Assembly: GCA_904063045.1 (NCBI GenBank)
Contig: CAJFCJ010000025.1
Span: forward strand, 124,001-188,000
Source of the DNA: Dimorphilus gyrociliatus
Lineage: Eukaryota > Animalia > Annelida
Direction: 5' to 3'
DNA length: 64,000 bases
Below, piece after piece: positions 58,300-64,000 of the stretch. Position numbers and translations under genes: made by a program. The notes under the pieces were generated by a model that searched no databases, had not been told where the DNA came from, and was given only the letters and a program-made list of their open reading frames with translations. How positions within the stretch are numbered: the stretch's first letter is position 1; each line of letters opens with the position of its first letter.

Positions 58300-60485
58300 T
58301 TACGTTTTTAATGCTCTGTAATAGGATATTACACCGACAATAATTAACAAGGATATTAAGCATCCGATTATCACTAAGATTACGTAGATTGGTATAGTGG
58401 AACTGTAGGAAAGTCTAACGTCTGTATGAACGTGTAAAACTGTTTTCTTTTGAGTATCTTTTGATGTAGACGTTCTCCATAGATCTTTCCCTTCTAAGTT
58501 CAGCTTCTTTCCAGGACATTTCCAATCTTCAATTATGGGTAGTGATTTCTTATTTGCTATTTTAATGAAAAACGAAATTAAGGAATTAGTTTGTAACAAA
58601 GTGGAAAAAGAAAAGAATGTTTATTATTCATTTACCAAAAACTGCAACATAGGAATAGTGTCGGCAAGCGTGGCGACCTCTAGCTGTATGAAATTTAAAT
58701 GATCTCCCAAGTCTTAGCTGCTTCTTATCCTTGATCCTTAAATATTTGTACTTTTGTTCTTCCGTTGCGCATGGTACGGAATCCCATCCAATGGGATTTC
58801 CACCTGAGAAGAATAATCCTAGTATATCGCCTTTCACTATAGTATCATTTTGTCTGACGTCAATGGTTTGTAATCTCAAGTCCAGACGGTCGAAAGGCAC
58901 AAAAGTATCGGAAACTAATTTATATATTCCGGCCTTTTGGGGCCGCCATATTTGAAGATGGAGGGACTGTTGACTGGATGTTGTCTTCACGTAAATCTTC
59001 CACGAATCTAGTTGAGAAGATTCCGCTAATGATTCCTGCGAGGGATCAGTTAGTAAAATAGTCTTTTGCGATTCCTCGTCGGCATGCGCCCTTAAACGGG
59101 CTTCATATCCCAATTGTGGAAGATCTGAAAAGGAGGAAATTAGCGCGTTTTCAACACAATCCTCGTCTTGACGGCTATAAATATTTGCAATATAGATTGG
59201 TTATTTAGATGTTTCATTCCTCCAATTCCGGTGGGATCTTAGGAGATAAAATAGACGTACCTTCCTCTTTCGTTTTTTTTTTTAAAGCTACACAAATGAC
59301 TTTTAGTCTGTTTGTATTCAATTTGTGGTCTATAAACAAAATTCCTTCTAGAAAAATCACGATAAGAGCTATGAAGTCATTAACTAGACAAATAGGGGGA
59401 CAGTATTTCTTCCTATTTTTTCCAGAATTCTTTTTAAATAGCCTAATCCTACAGGATATTATTAAGTATGGGTCTAAATTAATTTCTATTATTATCTTAC
59501 CTTTGGGCTTCTTACATTCACCTATTCTTATATAGGCGTGGTAATAGTCTCCTAGGAAAGTTATCGAACTTGGTATTGGAGCAGGATTACATTTATCGTG
59601 ATCGTTGCTAATATCGATACCAATCGTTTTTACAAAACTTCTTCTGGATTGATTGAAGTGAGGTAGACCAGCAGAATTGCAGCTATTTTTACGAACTCGA
59701 CCAGTACAATAGATATTCTGCTTATCGTCAGATAATTTTACAACTGTAACTTTACTAGGTAAGCAATTTCGATAGGGTCGAAAAAATATAGAATCATCCG
59801 TCTGAAAAAGAAACAAATTACAGTATAATTTATAGGTGAAACATCAATGGACGTCGTTACTTCTTTTTCCTCTACTGACTGTGTATCAGAGGGAATAGGA
59901 AGAAAGGGTCGGGTGTTAGGGGTCAAATAAATTTTTGACACTTGCCTTACTTATGACATCTATCACTTTAATGTAGCTCTTTATCTTGGAAACAGTAAAA
60001 ATAAGTGAAAATTGGATATCACTGATAACACAAGAATCCGAAAAATTCGTCGTAAGAATCGCATTTGTCTGGTCATTGCTAATCATTTGAAGTAGTCGTT
60101 TTCCATGAGTTAGATTATGTAAGGAGTAGTCACCATGACCTTCACTTCCAGTACGAAGCCATAATCCACCATCTCGAGTTCTCGAGATATAGAATGGGAC
60201 ATCGTTATATTTAAGAGGCCCACTTCCCCTTTCGCACCATTCTGCGTCTGGAAAACGTATTAATTGCTGATTAGGTTTATTGATCAAATTTCTTTTCGGG
60301 TTCTACTCGTTTTTATTGAATTTTATTCTTATTAGATTCTTTGCGGGTCATCTGGGGAGGTTTGCGTTTAAATTGGAGAAATTTATCGTTCTTTATTATA
60401 TATAAACTAGAGATTTAGTGATTGTCCTTGAATTCAATAGAATAAGAAGCAAACTACTGAAGAGAAAGAGAATATCTCCATACAT
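58300..60485 (-). CDS. Orphan type-I membrane protein (signal peptide, Cys-containing ectodomain, C-terminal TM, very short tail); 5' and 3' ends uncertain
   Basis: Four long ORFs on one strand are joinable by introns (e.g. phase-1 AAAG|gtaaga to ttttcag|ATCTT and TTTG|gtaaat to aaaatag|CA). Signal-like MYGDILFLFSSLLLILLNS and TM IPIYVILVIIGCLISLLIIVGVISYY. Confidence 0.7.
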
Positions 60486-61401
60486 TTTCTTATAGTAATA
60501 TACTTATATTAAAGGGGGAGAGTGAAAGAAAGAAAGAGAAGAAGAGAGAGAGAAAGAGAGATGGATAGAAAGATTTTTTTTCTATAGTAAATGAATAAAA
60601 TAGTTTATTTACTTTAAAACATAAAAAAAGAAATTAAAATGATTGGTTTGAAATTAAACAATCAAACATTTATAGGATTTTATTATACATGTCAAATATA
60701 AAATGGAACTTTCTTATTGCTTAGTTTTCACCATAATAAATAAGAAACTTTTAATTAAAGAGAGAATAGTATAAAAAAAACTTTGGCTCTATTCTCTGTT
60801 TTTGTCTTTTTTATCTTCTTTATAAATGTAAATTATATTGATAGAGCAGAAAAGATGAGGTAGTGGAAGATACTTAAGTTTCATTTGGACTATGGTTGGC
60901 CAGCTTGTGAAATATACAATTTAATATCTTTTAACAAAACTAATAATAACTATAAAGTTTATTTTATTTTAGGAATATCTCTCTCTCTCTCTCTCATTCC
61001 CTCTTTCATTCTCTCTTGCTATATATAAAGATACAATTGAAAGGAAAAAGCTATGCATAGCTAGGGCAACTACTATATGATTATCACATAGGCGTACAAA
61101 TAGTATTCATTCCACGGTAATAATAACTATGGATAATTCTGTTTTTAGTCCGTATATACTAAAGGAACGCGACGATCCGCGAATAAAAGGTCTAATGGGA
61201 TATGGAAAGTTGTTATATTTTTCCTTTTATTTCCCCCTTAACCAATTATTCTTTTCGATATTTATACAGGAATACAGTAATTATCTTGACTATCAAGCTT
61301 ATGAATGACAACCAGGCTAATAGAGTATTAAGATTTATTTATTTATTTTTTTGATTCCTATTCTAAAGTAGAATATACTGTAAATTGCATAAATGTCTAT
61401 A

Positions 61402-61404
<3 letters not shown>

Positions 61405-61439
<35 letters not shown>
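61405..61439. repeat. (TA)n microsatellite
   Basis: About 17 TA units. Confidence 0.9.
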
Positions 61440-61445
<6 letters not shown>

Positions 61446-64000
61446 TGCATGTATACCTTTCCTCTTTTTCAACACAAAACCTGCATATTAATGTGAGTGG
61501 AATTATCGGAATTCGGTTGAATAACTTTTGATCAGCGAAAGCAGAAACATGCTAAAGTTTGTCTTTAAATATTCATAATAAACTATCGTAATAATTTATT
61601 ATCGACCTAAAACATGACTTTCATATTGGGAGACTTTCTTTTTTGCTTTTGTTAAAAATATACAAAGGAAGATAATTATTTGATCTCATCTATTTCTATG
61701 CAAGATATAGTTTATACACAATATACGTAGATATGTTTAATATACAGAATATATACATTTATATACGGTATACGTACATGTAAAAAACTAATACTCTGGA
61801 ATAGAACGATTAAGTCTAACAAAGCCTTGAGGAACGTGACGGTCAACGAAATGAAATTTTTCCTTCGACTGCTGTTTATCAAAGGGAAAGGAAGGGAAGG
61901 ATTTATTATAGAACGTCAGTTTCTTCTTCTTTATCTTTACTCCTAGTTTTTTGCTTTTTTCCTCTATATTTATCTATGTTACAATGCAGTAAATTCGTTT
62001 AAGCGTTAACTGCGAAATTTACTGTATAGATATAAAGGGAGAAGATAAAGAGTGAAAGAAGAAATTAAGTGATGAATGAAGAAAAAAAGAAGTTTTCAAT
62101 CATCAATCTTTTTTCCATTCTTTCTTGTTCTTTCTCTTTAGTTTCCCTTTCTCTTTGACAATTGTCCCTTTTAGGATTCCCTTTTTATAGCATTTAATAA
62201 TTAAAAAAACTTGCAATTATAAATAAAACTATTGATTATGTTTGTTTTGGTCTATTCATTAATGTAGAAAAAAGTGATTACATGTGCGTAGAATCTCTCT
62301 CTCTCTCTCTCTCTATCATATGTATATTATTCTCTCTTTCGGTGTTTGTTGGACAGAGGATTACCAATTTTTAATTAAAAGAAAAGACCAAAGTCGGAAA
62401 GAGACTAAATTATAGACATCTACAGCAAAAATAGAAGTCAGGGAAGTAGATTAAAAAATAGAGAGATAGAGAGAGAGAGAGAGATTATTTTATATTTTGT
62501 TGAAAGTTTTTTTTTATAAAAAAAAAGAAATGGAATAAATAGAATTATTAAAAGTTGTGTTGTACGTATAATATTTGTAAACTACTTGACAGGAACAGGA
62601 CCAAAACTAGTTTATTATGTATGAGGATTCTATCGTAGTATTTTTAGAACTATTTTTTTTATCTATCTCTCTCTCTCCCCTCTCCCACTGTCTGTCTCTT
62701 CCTCTATGTCCAAACTATATATTCATCTATCCTTCCATCAACTGATTTTCTCTCTTTCCCAATTTTTTTATTTCACTTTTTTATTTTGCTAAATCGATCT
62801 AACTAGGAGATTTTGTAGCTTATTCAAGGTATATTACTAGTTATATAATAAAGCTTGGATTGACCCATTCATTAATAATATTTACATAGTACTAAAGAAA
62901 CGGATTGGACAAACTTGGCCTCGATTCTAGACAGAAGTGAGCCATATCTGATTAGGGGTTGGTCTTTGAAGGGTTGACGACGTTTATATGTTACCCTCGA
63001 TGGTTATTCAATAGATACAAAGGTGAGGGTCAAAATGGGAATTACACTTAGATATATACAAATCTAAGAATTCAAAGATACTTAGACTAAAACTCTACAA
63101 TCAAGAGTAAAAAAAAAGAGCACAATCATAAATCAAAATTTTTATCAACCTATAGGTAATATTTAAAAAGAATTTTCATCATTGTTAAATTGAATAAGCT
63201 TAATATACGTTTTTTAAGTCCTATTCCATACTTAGTCGTGACATGGTTCGATCTTTTTTCTACGTCATTTCTTTGGATCCCAACTTGATTTAAGTTTGCA
63301 TTATCTAGGGATTTTTTTTATTTGAAGAAAGAATATACGATTGAGCAAGTTGTAACACGTTAATATAGTTTATATATATTACACATTAACTTCTAAATAG
63401 ATAAAAATTGCTGTAAAGTAGATTTTTTTCTTTCTTTTTGTTGGATAAAAAAAACAGTCGTTTATTTTATTCATTCCGCTTTTTTTTCGAATTTTCTCTT
63501 TTTTTTTTCTCTCTCTCTCTCCCTTTCTCACTCTCTCACTATACCAGAAATATTCTATGCATTACAATCAAAGTACAGGCCTATATAATTATGACAAGAG
63601 AAGTAAGAAGTTTGTATGTCACAGAGAATGTTCTTAAAGAAATGTCTATATATAGAGACGCTGTATAATGTCCAGATGTCTGAAAATGTTACTAAGTGTA
63701 TATTGTATATTTAAATATACTGAGTACTGGACTATATTTAAGTTTAATTGCTTTATGAATATTCATTATGTTAAAATATCTATGAAAAATTAGATATAAT
63801 GAGAACAAAACAAGCAATACAATGATATCCAGGTTTGGAAATTTGAGATAGCGGTACTTGTTTATTTTTATTACAGTATTGAAAAGTTGTTTTAGAAAGA
63901 TAGCAAAGGGAGAAAGAGAATATAAGAGGGAAAAGGTTGGAGTAGGATTAAGAGTGGTATGATAACAATAACGATTAATTAGCGTAAAGAATTGATAATT

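Noticed and set aside
63438-63668. 76-aa ORF near the window end
   Set aside because: TTG start and largely encoded by poly-T/(CT)n tracts, with no domain support.

Overview
AT-rich, gene-dense invertebrate genomic DNA with mostly short GT-AG introns. An innexin is present and genes are packed roughly one per 3 kb. This fits a compact spiralian genome; the annelid Dimorphilus gyrociliatus is a guess, not verified. I rebuilt about 20 spliced genes by hand. Left part: ATG4C/D-like (-), PHF14 (+), AMPK alpha (-), innexin (+), PPM1L-like PP2C (+), an orphan 7TM receptor (+), CIB1 (-) and MFSD14 (+). Middle: an 11beta-HSD1-like SDR (+), a 96-aa secreted Cys/Tyr-rich peptide (+), a divergent ABCA transporter (+), R3HDM4 (+), CDO1 (-), FAM221A (+), WDR12 (-) and MRPL13 (+). 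Right: a possible decayed gene (-), SMC6 (+), a small orphan (-), an acylated coiled-coil protein (-) and an orphan type-I membrane protein (-). The most unusual area is 25.3-35.1 kb. There the SDR stop codon overlaps the start codon of the secreted peptide (ATGA, a bacteria-like overlap). It is followed by an ABCA gene that splices in frame where checked but whose two ATPase domains have both lost the catalytic motifs. No rRNA, tRNA, CRISPR array or intact transposase was recognised. All exon models are manual predictions and need RNA-seq confirmation.
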